Origin: Candidatus Latescibacterota bacterium
Lineage (GTDB): Bacteria; Latescibacterota; UBA2968; UBA8231
DNA length: 64,000 bases
Direction: 5' to 3'
NCBI GenBank assembly: GCA_965223905.1
Contig: CBDCXV010000011.1
Coordinates: 1,536,001-1,600,000, forward strand
Below, in pieces: positions 38,855 to 48,880 of this stretch; the first letter of the stretch is position 1; each line of letters begins with the position of its first letter. Made by a program: the position numbers and the translations under genes. A model generated the notes under the pieces. That model was given only the letters and a program-made list of their open reading frames with translations, did no database searches and was not told the DNA's origin.

Positions 38855-40420
38855 TCACACGACCTTGCGCTCCCGGCCCTTCCAGTACCTGTCGCGCAGT
38901 TCCCGCTTGAGGATCTTTCCGTAGTTGTTCTTCGGCAGCTCGTCGACGAACTCGACCCGCTTCGGCTTCTTGTAGCTGGCGATCCGCTCCCGGCAGAAGT
39001 CGATGAGCTCTTCTTCGGAGACCTCGCCGCCCGGAACGGTGGCGACCACCGCGGTCACGGCTTCCCCCCACTTCGGGTCGGGCGCCCCGACAACCGCCAC
39101 CTCGCGCACCGCCGGATGCCTGACGAGGACCTCCTCGATCTCGCGCGGGTAGATGTTCTCGCCGCCGCTGATGATCAGGTCCTTCGAGCGGTCCATCAGG
39201 AAGAGGTACCCCTTCTCGTCCATGCAGCCGACGTCCCCGGTGTGCAGCCAGCCGTTCCTCAGGGTCTCCGCGGTCGCCTCCGGGTCGCGCCAGTACCCCT
39301 TCATCACCAGGTCGGAGCGGGTCGCGATCTCCCCCATCTCGCCCGCGGGCAGCTCGTTGTCTTCGGCGTCGACGATCTTCACCTCGACCTCGGTGCGCGC
39401 AATCCCGGCCGATCCGAGGCGCGCCAGCTGCTCGGGAGTGCCGTCGGCGACGTGGTCGCGGTGGGAGAGGTAGGAGATCGTCATCGGCGATTCCCCCTGT
39501 CCGTACAGCTGCACGAGGCAGGGGCCGAGCTTGCGCAGCGCCGCCCGCGTGTCCTCGACCAGCATCGGGGCGCCGCCGTACACCAGCGCCTTCAGGGAGC
39601 CGAGGTCGAAGCGGTCCAGCCGCGGGTGGTCGAGCAGCAGCTTGATCATGGTCGGGGCGGCGAACAGGTTGGTGACCCGGTGCCGCTCGATCAGCCGCAG
39701 CACCTCTTCGGCGGCGAACGACCTGCCCGCGGGGATCACGTTGAGGGCCGCCTTGGCGACGTTGGGCAGGGCGTAGAGGCCGCTGCCGTGGGAGAGGGGG
39801 GCGGCGAGCAGGACCACGTCGTCCGGGCTGCAGCCCGGCATCATGTCGGCGTAGAAGCTCGACGTCATCGCCAGCAGGTTGCGGTGCGTCAGCATCGCCC
39901 CCTTGGGCTGCCCGGTGGTGCCGGAGGTGTAGAACAGCCAGGCGACCTCCCCGGGTTCGACGCCGGCGTCCTCGAACTCCCCGGATTCTGAGGCGAGCAG
40001 CTGCTCGTAGTCGAGGACCTCCCCCCCGGCCCCGGCGGTCGCGATCACCCGGGGGGCGCCTCCAATGAGCCCGGCGACCTCCTGCAACGGCCCGGCGAAC
40101 TCGGGAGAGGTCAGCACCGCTTTCGCTTCGCTGTGGTCGATGATGTAGGCGAACTCGCGCGGGTGCAGGCGGAAGTTGATCGGCACCGCGCCGCAGCCGG
40201 CCTTGAAGCAGGCGAACATCGACTCCAGCATCTGCGGGCAGTTGTACATCAGCACGGCGACGTGGTCCCCCCTGCCGGCTCCGAGGCGCCGCAGCCCGTT
40301 GGCCAGCTGGTTGGCGCGCCGGTTGAACTCCGCGTAGGTCTGCTTCCCGGAGCCCTGCACCGTGGCCGGATAGTCCGGAAAGCTGCGCGCGGACTTGGTC
40401 AGTAGCTTGCCGATGTTCAT
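38855..40420 (-). CDS. AMP-dependent acyl-CoA ligase
   Basis: YTSGTTGQPKG, YGQGE, HTGD, GGENIYPREIE, GKILK. Confidence 0.93.
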   Translation of the reverse strand: MNIGKLLTKSARSFPDYPATVQGSGKQTYAEFNRRANQLANGLRRLGAGRGDHVAVLMYNCPQMLESMFACFKAGCGAVPINFRLHPREFAYIIDHSEAKAVLTSPEFAGPLQEVAGLIGGAPRVIATAGAGGEVLDYEQLLASESGEFEDAGVEPGEVAWLFYTSGTTGQPKGAMLTHRNLLAMTSSFYADMMPGCSPDDVVLLAAPLSHGSGLYALPNVAKAALNVIPAGRSFAAEEVLRLIERHRVTNLFAAPTMIKLLLDHPRLDRFDLGSLKALVYGGAPMLVEDTRAALRKLGPCLVQLYGQGESPMTISYLSHRDHVADGTPEQLARLGSAGIARTEVEVKIVDAEDNELPAGEMGEIATRSDLVMKGYWRDPEATAETLRNGWLHTGDVGCMDEKGYLFLMDRSKDLIISGGENIYPREIEEVLVRHPAVREVAVVGAPDPKWGEAVTAVVATVPGGEVSEEELIDFCRERIASYKKPKRVEFVDELPKNNYGKILKRELRDRYWKGRERKVV

Positions 40421-40533
40421 CGCTGGCCGATGCTCCTTTCCCTCAAGCTCCCACATCCGCGGGAGGGCGGCAAGTGCTTGACCGGCATGGAGAGAAACGT
40501 CTTTGTAGGCCCCGCCAAGGAGGGAGCATTCCC

Positions 40534-41724
40534 ATGTCGAAGAAATACACCGCGGCCATCGTCGGCTGCGGTTCCATCGGCCACGCCCATGTCGAGGGCT
40601 ACCGGCGCGCCGGGGTCGAGATCGTCGCTGTCGCCGACCCGGTAGCCGAGGCACGACGCCAGTACATCCGCGAGTACGGACCCCTCGAGGAGTTCGGCAG
40701 CGTCCACGAGCTGCTCGCCGAGTCGCCGCCCGACCTGGTCAGCGTCTGCACCTGGCACCGGCTGCACCCGGAGCCGGTGATCGCCGCGGCCGGGGCCGGG
40801 GTCAAGGGGGTGATCTGCGAGAAGCCGATGGCGGTCTGCATGGCGGACGCCGACCGCATGGTCGAAGCCTGCGACGGCGGCGGCACCCGGCTCGTCGTCG
40901 GCCACCAGCGGCGCTTCACGCGCGGCTGGGAGCGCGCCAGGGAGCTGGTGCGGGAGGGGGCCGTCGGCAAGCCGCTCACCGTCGACAACAAGGTCGGCCA
41001 CGGGTTGTTGAACTGGGGCACCCACACCATCGACGGGGGGCGCTTCGTCCTCGGCGATCCGGACCCGGTCTGGGTGATGGGGGCGGTCGAGCGCCGCACC
41101 GACCGCCACGAGCGGGATACCCCGATAGAGGACTGCTGCATCGGCCTGGTCCATTTCGACAGCGGCGCCCAGATGACGATCCAGTGCGACCTCGACATGG
41201 ATGGGGCCTCGGCCGGGTCGTTTCTGATCCGCGGATCCGAGGGGATGATCGCCGTCAGCGAGGCCAGGGTGTCGCTGTTCAACGGCGAGACCGGGGGCTG
41301 GCGAGATGCCGACCTCGGGGAGGAGGAGATCGCCGCCATCGGAGGCAACACCAACGCCGCCCAGGTGCGCGAGCTGATCGCCTGGATCGAGGGGGGCCCG
41401 GAGCACCGCGGCGCCGGGTACCAGGCCCGGATGACCGTCGAGATCATGATGTCCCTCTACGAATCGGCGCGGCGGAACCGGGTCATCCACCTGCCGCTTC
41501 AGGAGCGGGAGTATCCGCTTGAGCTGATGATCGATGCAGGCGAGCTGCCGCTCGAGGAGAAGGGGCGTTACGACATCCGCGGCTTTCTCAGCTGGGAGGG
41601 GGTCGACTCCGGGCGCTTCGACGAGTTCCGAGACCAGGGCCTTGGGCACCACGAGATCATGATGCGGCTGCACGAGGAGAGGGAGCGGGCGCAGACGGGG
41701 GGAGCGGGGGCAAGTGGCGGGTGA
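40534..41724 (+). CDS. Gfo/Idh/MocA family oxidoreductase
   Basis: GCGSIG, CEKPM, GHQRRF, WGTHTID. Confidence 0.9.
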   Translation: MSKKYTAAIVGCGSIGHAHVEGYRRAGVEIVAVADPVAEARRQYIREYGPLEEFGSVHELLAESPPDLVSVCTWHRLHPEPVIAAAGAGVKGVICEKPMAVCMADADRMVEACDGGGTRLVVGHQRRFTRGWERARELVREGAVGKPLTVDNKVGHGLLNWGTHTIDGGRFVLGDPDPVWVMGAVERRTDRHERDTPIEDCCIGLVHFDSGAQMTIQCDLDMDGASAGSFLIRGSEGMIAVSEARVSLFNGETGGWRDADLGEEEIAAIGGNTNAAQVRELIAWIEGGPEHRGAGYQARMTVEIMMSLYESARRNRVIHLPLQEREYPLELMIDAGELPLEEKGRYDIRGFLSWEGVDSGRFDEFRDQGLGHHEIMMRLHEERERAQTGGAGASGG

Positions 41725-42034
41725 TTACTCGGGGGGCCGCTGCCGGGCTCCGGTGGCGGATTCCGCGCTGCATCCGGCACGGCCGAAACCTCTAGGTCCG
41801 CAACCGGACCATTCCGAATGCCAGGCACCTGCAAAGCGACCTGCCCCGGGGGCTCTCGCGGCAGGGGACTGCGCTGGGGGAGTGTTGGCCGGCCTCGGTG
41901 CAGCCGCTTCTTCCGGCCACGCGGGCGCCGGCCTCCGGTTGGAGAACCTTCCCGGCTTCCCCGCGCACCTGCGTTTCGATGAGTGCCCCCGTGGCTGACG
42001 CTTTCTCCGGCACCTGCAAAGCTGCCGGCCAGCA

Positions 42035-42604
42035 ATGACCTCCGGGCCCCTCCTCGTCCTGGTGACAGGGCTTCCCTGCAGCGGCAAGACCGGCATCGCC
42101 TCCAGGCTGTCGGCCGAGCTCGCGCTCCCCATGCTCGCCAAGGACGACATCAAGGAGGGGCTGTTCGACACCCTTGGATACGGAGGCCGCGAGCGCTCGC
42201 TCGAGCTCAGCCGCGCCGCCTATGCGATCCTCTACCGCCAGGTGCGCCGCCTGCTGTCGGCGGGGCTGTCGCTGATCGCCGAGAGCAACTTCGACCCGGT
42301 GCAGGCCTCCGCGGCAGCTCGCGGCGATCCGGTCGGACCTCCCCTTCGGCATGTTCCAGATCCAGTGTCACGCGGCCGGCCCGGTGCTGGTGGAGCGCTT
42401 CCGGCAGCGGATGGAGAAGGGGCGCCACCCCGGGCACGCCGACGCCGAGCTCTTCGCCGAGATCCGCCCCCGAAACTCGAGCGCGGCAGGCTGGGGCTGC
42501 TCGATATGGAGGGCGAAAAAATGGAAGTCGATACCACCGATTTTTCAGCCGTCGACCACGACACGCTGGCCGCCGCGGTGCGCCGCGCCCTGAAAGCCCG
42601 TTGA
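42035..42604 (+). pseudogene. P-loop kinase (AAA_33-like) with two compensating frameshifts (~42311 and ~42470)
   Basis: GLPCSGKT, KDDIKE; the middle segment QCHAAGPVLVERFRQR..RHPGH lies in another frame. Confidence 0.75.
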
Positions 42605-42623
42605 CCCGAACCGGGAAAGAGCG

Positions 42624-43433
42624 ATGAACAACCTGCCCGCCATAGAGATCTACTCCATCGGAACCGAGCTGCTCAACGGCCAGATCCAGGACACCAACTC
42701 CTGGTGGATGGCGCGGCAGATCGCCGCCCTCGGGGGGTACGTGAGGCGTATCGCCATACTCGACGACGACGCGGAGGAGATATCCGGGGTGCTGTCCGAC
42801 GCCTGCCGCCGCGGCACGCGGATCGCGATCACCAGCGGCGGACTCGGACCGACGCCGGACGACCTCACCGTCGAGGTGATCGCCGGTATCATGGGGGTGG
42901 AGGTCGCAGTCGACGAGAGCCTGGTGGGCAGCTTCATGCGCAGCCGGGGAATCGAAAGGCGGGAGGAGGTCAACCCGGGGTTGCTGAAGATGGCGACGAT
43001 CCCGGAGGGGGCCACGGCGTATCCCAACCCCGCGGGAGTGGCCCCGTGCGTCGAGATCCGGGTCGGCGGGACCACCCTGTTCGCCCTGCCCGGACCGCCG
43101 CGCGAGGTGGAGGCCCTTTTCAGGCAGAGCGTCGAGCCGGTGATCGCCGAGCTCTACAGCCGCGCCCGCGTCTCCCGGCGCGTCGCCGTCAACCTGCCGG
43201 AGTCGCAGTGCGGTCCGATCCTGCAGAGCGTCATGGACGAGCTGCCCAACACCTACCTGAAGGCGTTCGTCGCTCTCGGCGAGCGCACCGCGGAGGGCCA
43301 GCGGCTTCCGGTCGACATCGTCGCCTGGGGGGACTCCGAAGGGGAAGCGGAGGAGCTGCTCGAACGGGCCCTGGCGATGTTCGCCGGGCAGGCCGCGGAG
43401 AAGGGAAGCGCCGTCGAGTCCGTGGAGGGCTGA
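42624..43433 (+). CDS. CinA-like molybdopterin-binding-domain protein (no PncC domain)
   Basis: IGTELLNGQIQDTN, SGGLGPTPDDLT, LPGPPRE. Confidence 0.88.
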   Translation: MNNLPAIEIYSIGTELLNGQIQDTNSWWMARQIAALGGYVRRIAILDDDAEEISGVLSDACRRGTRIAITSGGLGPTPDDLTVEVIAGIMGVEVAVDESLVGSFMRSRGIERREEVNPGLLKMATIPEGATAYPNPAGVAPCVEIRVGGTTLFALPGPPREVEALFRQSVEPVIAELYSRARVSRRVAVNLPESQCGPILQSVMDELPNTYLKAFVALGERTAEGQRLPVDIVAWGDSEGEAEELLERALAMFAGQAAEKGSAVESVEG

Positions 43434-43768
43434 ATCGGGACGCCCTCGGAGCGGCGGTCATCCAGGGTGCCCTGAGGCCCGGTCAAGTACATGGCAGGGG
43501 ATCTCCACCCACCCGTCGCCGTCGGCGTTGGCCCCGGCAGCCCATATCCACGGGGTGATGGTCGGGTGGAAGAAATCGGCGGTGCGCCCAAGTTTCGGCG
43601 CGGGGAACGGTCGAGGTCGAAGGGTGGCTTAGGCCGGCGGCTGAGCCGGGCGCCGCGGCGCTCCCTTCACGGCAACGAGGCCCGGTCGAGAACCCGGATC
43701 GGCGCTGAATCCGCAGCGCGAGGACAGTCGAGGTCGGGAAGGCCGCTGAGTCCGGTGACCAAGCGTCG

Positions 43769-44642
43769 CTAATCCGGGCACGGATGGCCGGCGGCCAATG
43801 TCGGCCCTGGCGGCCAATCCCCGGCGCGGACCGCAGGGTCGAGGGCGTCGAAACAGAACTGCGCCGCGGCCCAGGGATCGTACCCCTCCTTACCCCAGAT
43901 CTGCCCGGTGACCTCGGGACAGAGATAGCGGTCCCAGCCCGCGGCCTTCACCACCTTCACGTACTCCTCGAGATCGAGGCCGCCGTCCCCGGGAAGCAGG
44001 TAGACGACGCGGCCATCGGCGTCCCTGTACCCGTCCTTGATGTGGTTGTGCGCCGCCAGCGGCACGTTGAGGTCGGCGCAGTGCTTCAGGTCCATCCCCT
44101 CGACCCGGAAATGGCTGAAATCGAAGTTGAGCCGCAGATGCTCGTGAGCGGCGCGCTCGATCAGCCAGACCGCCTTCTCCGGGGTCTCGAAGTCGCCGCC
44201 GGCGTGCGGCTCGATGGCGAGGACGGCGCCGTAGCGGGCCGCCATGTCGGCCACCTCGACGACCATCCCGGCGATCGCCTCCCTGCCGCTCTCCCAGGGC
44301 CGCTCGTGCCCCAGGGTCGACGCCACCACCAAGCGGCGCGTCGTCGATCTTCAGATCCCGGGCCAGGGCGAACGAGGCCTCGAACTGCGCCAGGGCCTCG
44401 GCGCGCCCCTCCCCCTCGGCGCAGGGCTTGAGCAGCGCCATGATGGCGGGGGTGGGAAAGCCGGCGCTCCGGAAAGCCGCGGCGAGGCGCCGGCGCGCCC
44501 CGGCGTCCATGCGGGCCGGCTCGGTCTGCCAGCCGGGCTGCACGGCCATCTCCATCCCCCGGTATCCCATGTCGCGCAGGCGCGGCAGGGCCTCGAACAC
44601 GTCGACGCCCTGCATGCCGTAGGTGCTGTAGTAGAGGTCCAT
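43769..44642 (-). pseudogene. Sugar phosphate isomerase/epimerase (TIM barrel), frameshifted at ~44332
   Basis: GYRGME, AIEPH, NFDFSH, HIKD; two ORFs join by removing one T. Confidence 0.8.
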
Positions 44643-44652
44643 CCGGCCGGTT

Positions 44653-45721
44653 CTATCCCAGGTCGACGTCGAAGTCCGCGGGGTCGAGGCCGCTGTCCCC
44701 GGCCAGTCCGCGCAGGCTGATCAGCACGTCCTCCGGCATCTCGATCCCCTCGGCGAGCGCCTTCTCCCGGCGCTCCCACTCCATCTCGCCGGGCAGGAAG
44801 ATCTCCGCCCCTTCGGCGAGGTCGGCGCTCTTGATCTCCTCCGCCATCGCTGCCATGCGCCGGTGGAACTCCGCGGCCGGCATGATGGCGCCGACGTCGA
44901 TGGCGAGGAAGGCGTGCCCCTGGTTCGACGGCTCCGGGTCGTCGTACGACACCCAGCTGTGCACGCCGCTCATCACCGCGGACCCGCTGAGCACGGCCGT
45001 GAGGATCTCGACGAACACCGCCATGCCGTACCCCTTGTGCCCGGCCATCGGCAGCTGCGCCCCCTTTTCCGGGAAGATCGACGGGTCCGTCGTCGGCACC
45101 CCCTCCTCGTCGACCAGCCAGGTGTCGGGGATGGGGCGCCCCTCGTTGCGGGCGGCGAAGATCTTCGTCGCCGCGACGGCGCTGGTGGCGATGTCGAGCA
45201 TCACCGTGCGCTGGCCGCCGGTCGGCGCCGCCCAGGCGATCGGGTTGGTCCCGAGGATGCGGCTCTTCCCCCCCGGCACGGTCATGCAGGGCTCGACGTT
45301 GCACATCGACATGCCGAACATGCCGTGCTCGGCGATCATGTTGGCGTAGAAACCCGGCGGCCCCGTAATGGCTGCTGCCGCGCACCCCGACGTAGGCCAT
45401 GCCGGTCTCTCCCGCCTTGGCGAGGGCCAGCTTCACGGCGCGGCAGGATATCGCCGGCGGCATGCCGTCCCGGGCGTCGACGATGGCCCAGGAGGGTCCC
45501 TCGGCGACGACCTCCTCCCTGGCGCCGCCGTCGAGGCGGCCGCTGCGCGCGTTGATCATCAGGCCGCGGATCTGCCGCGTGCCGTGGGTGAAGGTGCCCC
45601 AGGTGTCGGTCTTGACGAACACGTGGGCGGACAGCTCGGCGTCCTCCTGGCCGATGCCGGCCCGGGTCATGGCGGCGACGCAGAACTTCTCGAGGTCTGC
45701 AGCTTGTATCCTGGTTGCCAT
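44653..45721 (-). pseudogene. Ldh_2 (malate/L-lactate dehydrogenase-like) oxidoreductase, frameshifted at ~45352
   Basis: THG, SSHYGAAG, GTNPIA, LDIATS, GHKGYG, PGE; joined by removing one base at GGGTTT. Confidence 0.85.
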
Positions 45722-45757
45722 TCGATGCTCCTGTGGATGCGGTATTCCGGTGCCTGA

Positions 45758-45839
45758 CAGCCCGGTAAAAAAGTCCATCCGGGCGGCGCCGGCCCTTGCG
45801 ACTCGGCCTCGCCTTCAGAGCAACTTTACCAACGGGATG
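45758..45839. repeat. MITE-like dispersed repeat, copy 1
   Basis: Imperfect terminal IR CAGCCCGGTAAAAAAGT / ACTTTACCAACGGGATG; shares AAAAAGTCCATCCGGGC and CAACTTTA with 63828-63889. Confidence 0.55.
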
Positions 45840-46184
45840 CAAAACGAAGCGGGGAGAATCAGGGCCGCGGCCTCGGCGGGGTCAACTGCCGCGCGAGCGC
45901 CATTTCCCTGTTCGCAAGGAGGGACAGCGGCGGCTTGCCGGCGACGGGAGCAACCGAAGCTGGAGGTCGACAGGGGACTGAAGGCATGAACCGAAAAACT
46001 GGGCTTCCTGTCCCGGGAAGGGGTATATTGCCTTTCGTCAAGTCAACACACTGGCAGACGACCTCATGTCGCGCGACATGCTGAAAAACCTGCCAATCTG
46101 TGCTTCAACACCCCCTCACTGCCTGGAATCAATGCCAATCGGAGAAGAGTATTCCCACAACCTCACATTTCCGAGGAGGACGTT

Positions 46185-46700
46185 GTGAAAACGAAAATCA
46201 CCGGCAAGTCGACGACTTTGGTCGCGCTTTTTCTCATGGCTGCAATGGTCAGCGGTTGTACGATCGCCAAGATAAGTGGTCGGGGGTCGATACCAATGAT
46301 GCTCAACACTCCTCCTCAGCGAGTCGAGGTCATTGAGCACTTCACTGAGAGCAAGATGATCCTGTTTGACTACACCAGCGCGTTCGACGTCTCGGAGCTC
46401 CTGGCCAAGAAGTTGCAACAGAGCGATGGAGACGCCATAACCAACCTCGTGGTAAACGTTAAATCAGACTTCGCGTCCTTTATGGTGAACGTCTTCACCT
46501 TGGGCATAGCCAACGCCAAGATATTCTCGGTGGAGGGTGATCTGGTCAGGATCGAGGGGGGCGCAAGCGGCCTTCTCGGATACCATGAAGAAATAGCTGC
46601 CTTTGACAACCTGGACCAACTCCACCTGGAAAGCGCAGTTGCTCAGCATTCCAGCCTGGTGCGTCTCGACGAAGGCTTCGCCCTGGTGCGACAGAAGTGA
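46185..46700 (+). CDS. Hypothetical lipoprotein
   Basis: Basic N-terminus, hydrophobic stretch, lipobox VSGC; GAGGAGG RBS; lower GC than flanks. Confidence 0.75.
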   Translation: MKTKITGKSTTLVALFLMAAMVSGCTIAKISGRGSIPMMLNTPPQRVEVIEHFTESKMILFDYTSAFDVSELLAKKLQQSDGDAITNLVVNVKSDFASFMVNVFTLGIANAKIFSVEGDLVRIEGGASGLLGYHEEIAAFDNLDQLHLESAVAQHSSLVRLDEGFALVRQK

Positions 46701-46779
46701 GGCGACATACAAGAGATCCTTTGCCAAAACTCCACCAACTGTTCATTGAGGCATAAGGATCACACAGAGGATGCAGTTC

Positions 46780-46815
46780 AAGCCCTGGATTCCCGACGGG
46801 ATTCAGGGCTTCTTC
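46780..46815 (+). terminator. Putative intrinsic terminator hairpin
   Basis: AAGCCCTGGATTCCC-GAC-GGGATTCAGGGCTT followed by CTTC. Confidence 0.5.
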
Positions 46816-47052
46816 GTTGAAAAGGGGCTCAAACCAAACCCACGTCTTATGACCCTGCCCAGCCACCGGGTTTTGTTGTCGCTCCTCCGGCCGCACGGAC
46901 TTTCGGGATCGAGAAGACCCCCCCAGCCTTCGGCCGGTGCACATTTTCCGTATCGAATCGCGCCTCCCGTTGGACCGGCTGCCATGCCGGCAACCCGGGC
47001 TGTCCGGGGATGGCCGCGGAAATAGTCGCAGACAACAGGGAGACAGGCAGCG

Positions 47053-48600
47053 ATGAAATACCCCTCCAAGGTACCACGGCGAACCTACGCCCCGCAGCTG
47101 GAAGAACAGCTCCGGCAGCTCGAGACGGACGAGCTGGCGCTCCGCTTCGCCGAATCGCGGCGGCGTCTGTCTTGCGACCGCTACCGCCCGGTCTACCACT
47201 ACGTCAACCCGGAAGGTCCCTCGAACGATCCCAACGGATTCTGCAGGTGGCAGGGACGGTTCCACCTGTTTTATCAGCAGTACCCCCCGGAGGACAGGCG
47301 CCAGCACTGGGGCCACGCCGTCAGTGAAGACCTCGTGTACTGGCGGGATCTGCCCATCGCCATCTATCCCGGCATCGAGGAGAAATGCTACAGCGGCAGC
47401 GCCCTCACCGAGGAGGACCGCGTCCTCGCCTGCTACCACGGCACCAGCGCCGGCACGATGATCGCCGAAGCTTCGGATCCCCTGCTCCTCAACTGGGAGA
47501 AGATCCCCGGCAACCCCGTCATCCCGGAGGACGAGACGGCCGCGCCCGGGGACCCCTACTGCATCGGCGACCCCTGTCTGTGGAAGGGAGAGAAGGGCTA
47601 CTACTCCCTGTCGGGATCGCAGCAGGGCACGCGCCTGGTCGACTCGAAGCCGGTTGCCCACCTGTTCTTCTCCGAGGACCTGCGCCACTGGTCCTACCGG
47701 GGCCCGTTCCTGGAAGGCGACGTCTTCACCACCGCCGGTGAGGATTGTGCCGTGCCCTACTTCTGGCCCCTCGGCGACAAGCACCTCCTCGTCTTCGGCA
47801 GTCACCAGCGGGGGTCGCAGTACCTGCTCGGCGACTGGGACGAAGAGGACGGCAAGTTCAAACCGTTCGCCCACGACCGTTTCTGTTTCGGTCCGATAAA
47901 CAACGGCGGCACCAACGCGCCCACGGCCGCGCCGGACGGCAACGGCGGCGTCTACATCATGCACATGCTCAGCTTCGGCCTGGACACCAAGGGCTGGAAC
48001 GGCATGATGTCCCTGCCGAGCCGGCTCGGCCTGGGGCCGGGCAACACCGTCATCAACGAGCCCGTGGCCGCGCTCGAATCGCTGCGCACCGACCACCGGC
48101 GGATCGGTGAAACGACGCTGCCCGCCAACCGCGACGTGCCTCTCGAAGGTGTACGGGGAAATGCCATGGAGCTCGTGGCGCGGATCGATCCGAAGGATTC
48201 CCGGGAAGTCTGCATCGAGGTGCTGCGCTCTCCCGACGGAGAAGAGACCACGAGCATCCGCTATCTCCGCAACGGCGGAGCGGTAAAGACGAAAGGGCCG
48301 GAAACCTGGCACGACGCGCTCGTTATAGACACCTGCCGCACCTCGGTGCTGAAGGAGGTCCTCGCCCGTCCACCGGAGACGGCCCGGTTCAAGCTCGGCG
48401 ACGGCGAGTTGCTGGAGCTGCGGATTTTCATCGACACGAGCATCCTCGAGGTCTTCGCCAACAGCCGGCGCTACATGACCGTGCGGGTACACCCGGGAGG
48501 CGACGACAGCCTCGGGGTCCGCATGCGCGCCCAGGGCAGCGATGCCGTCCTGCTTTCCCTCGATGCCTGGCGGATGAAGAGTATCTGGGAGAGGCAGTGA
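47053..48600 (+). CDS. Glycoside hydrolase family 32 protein
   Basis: NDPNG, HLFYQ, HWGHAVSEDL..W, SGSA, GDP, C-terminal LRIFIDTSILEVF. Confidence 0.9.
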   Translation: MKYPSKVPRRTYAPQLEEQLRQLETDELALRFAESRRRLSCDRYRPVYHYVNPEGPSNDPNGFCRWQGRFHLFYQQYPPEDRRQHWGHAVSEDLVYWRDLPIAIYPGIEEKCYSGSALTEEDRVLACYHGTSAGTMIAEASDPLLLNWEKIPGNPVIPEDETAAPGDPYCIGDPCLWKGEKGYYSLSGSQQGTRLVDSKPVAHLFFSEDLRHWSYRGPFLEGDVFTTAGEDCAVPYFWPLGDKHLLVFGSHQRGSQYLLGDWDEEDGKFKPFAHDRFCFGPINNGGTNAPTAAPDGNGGVYIMHMLSFGLDTKGWNGMMSLPSRLGLGPGNTVINEPVAALESLRTDHRRIGETTLPANRDVPLEGVRGNAMELVARIDPKDSREVCIEVLRSPDGEETTSIRYLRNGGAVKTKGPETWHDALVIDTCRTSVLKEVLARPPETARFKLGDGELLELRIFIDTSILEVFANSRRYMTVRVHPGGDDSLGVRMRAQGSDAVLLSLDAWRMKSIWERQ

Positions 48601-48880
48601 ACGTCACGGGACCGGCGACCCGACGCTGGCGAACGCCTTTGCCGGGTGATACTCCCGGGTTTGCCATCCCCCCCCGGCCGCATCCAACAGCCGGAAGACG
48701 TCGCCGGCAGCGTGTTTGGGGATCCTGCCCTGCTGATGGGGACGATCCCGAAGGGCGGTTGCAGAAAGACTGCTGAGCGGGGGTGATACCCCCCGGCCCC
48801 GCGGCTTTGACGCTTGCCGGCCGCCGGAACTTATTGTCGCTCCCCCGACCCCCACGGACTCCCCGGATCGAGAAGAAGCC

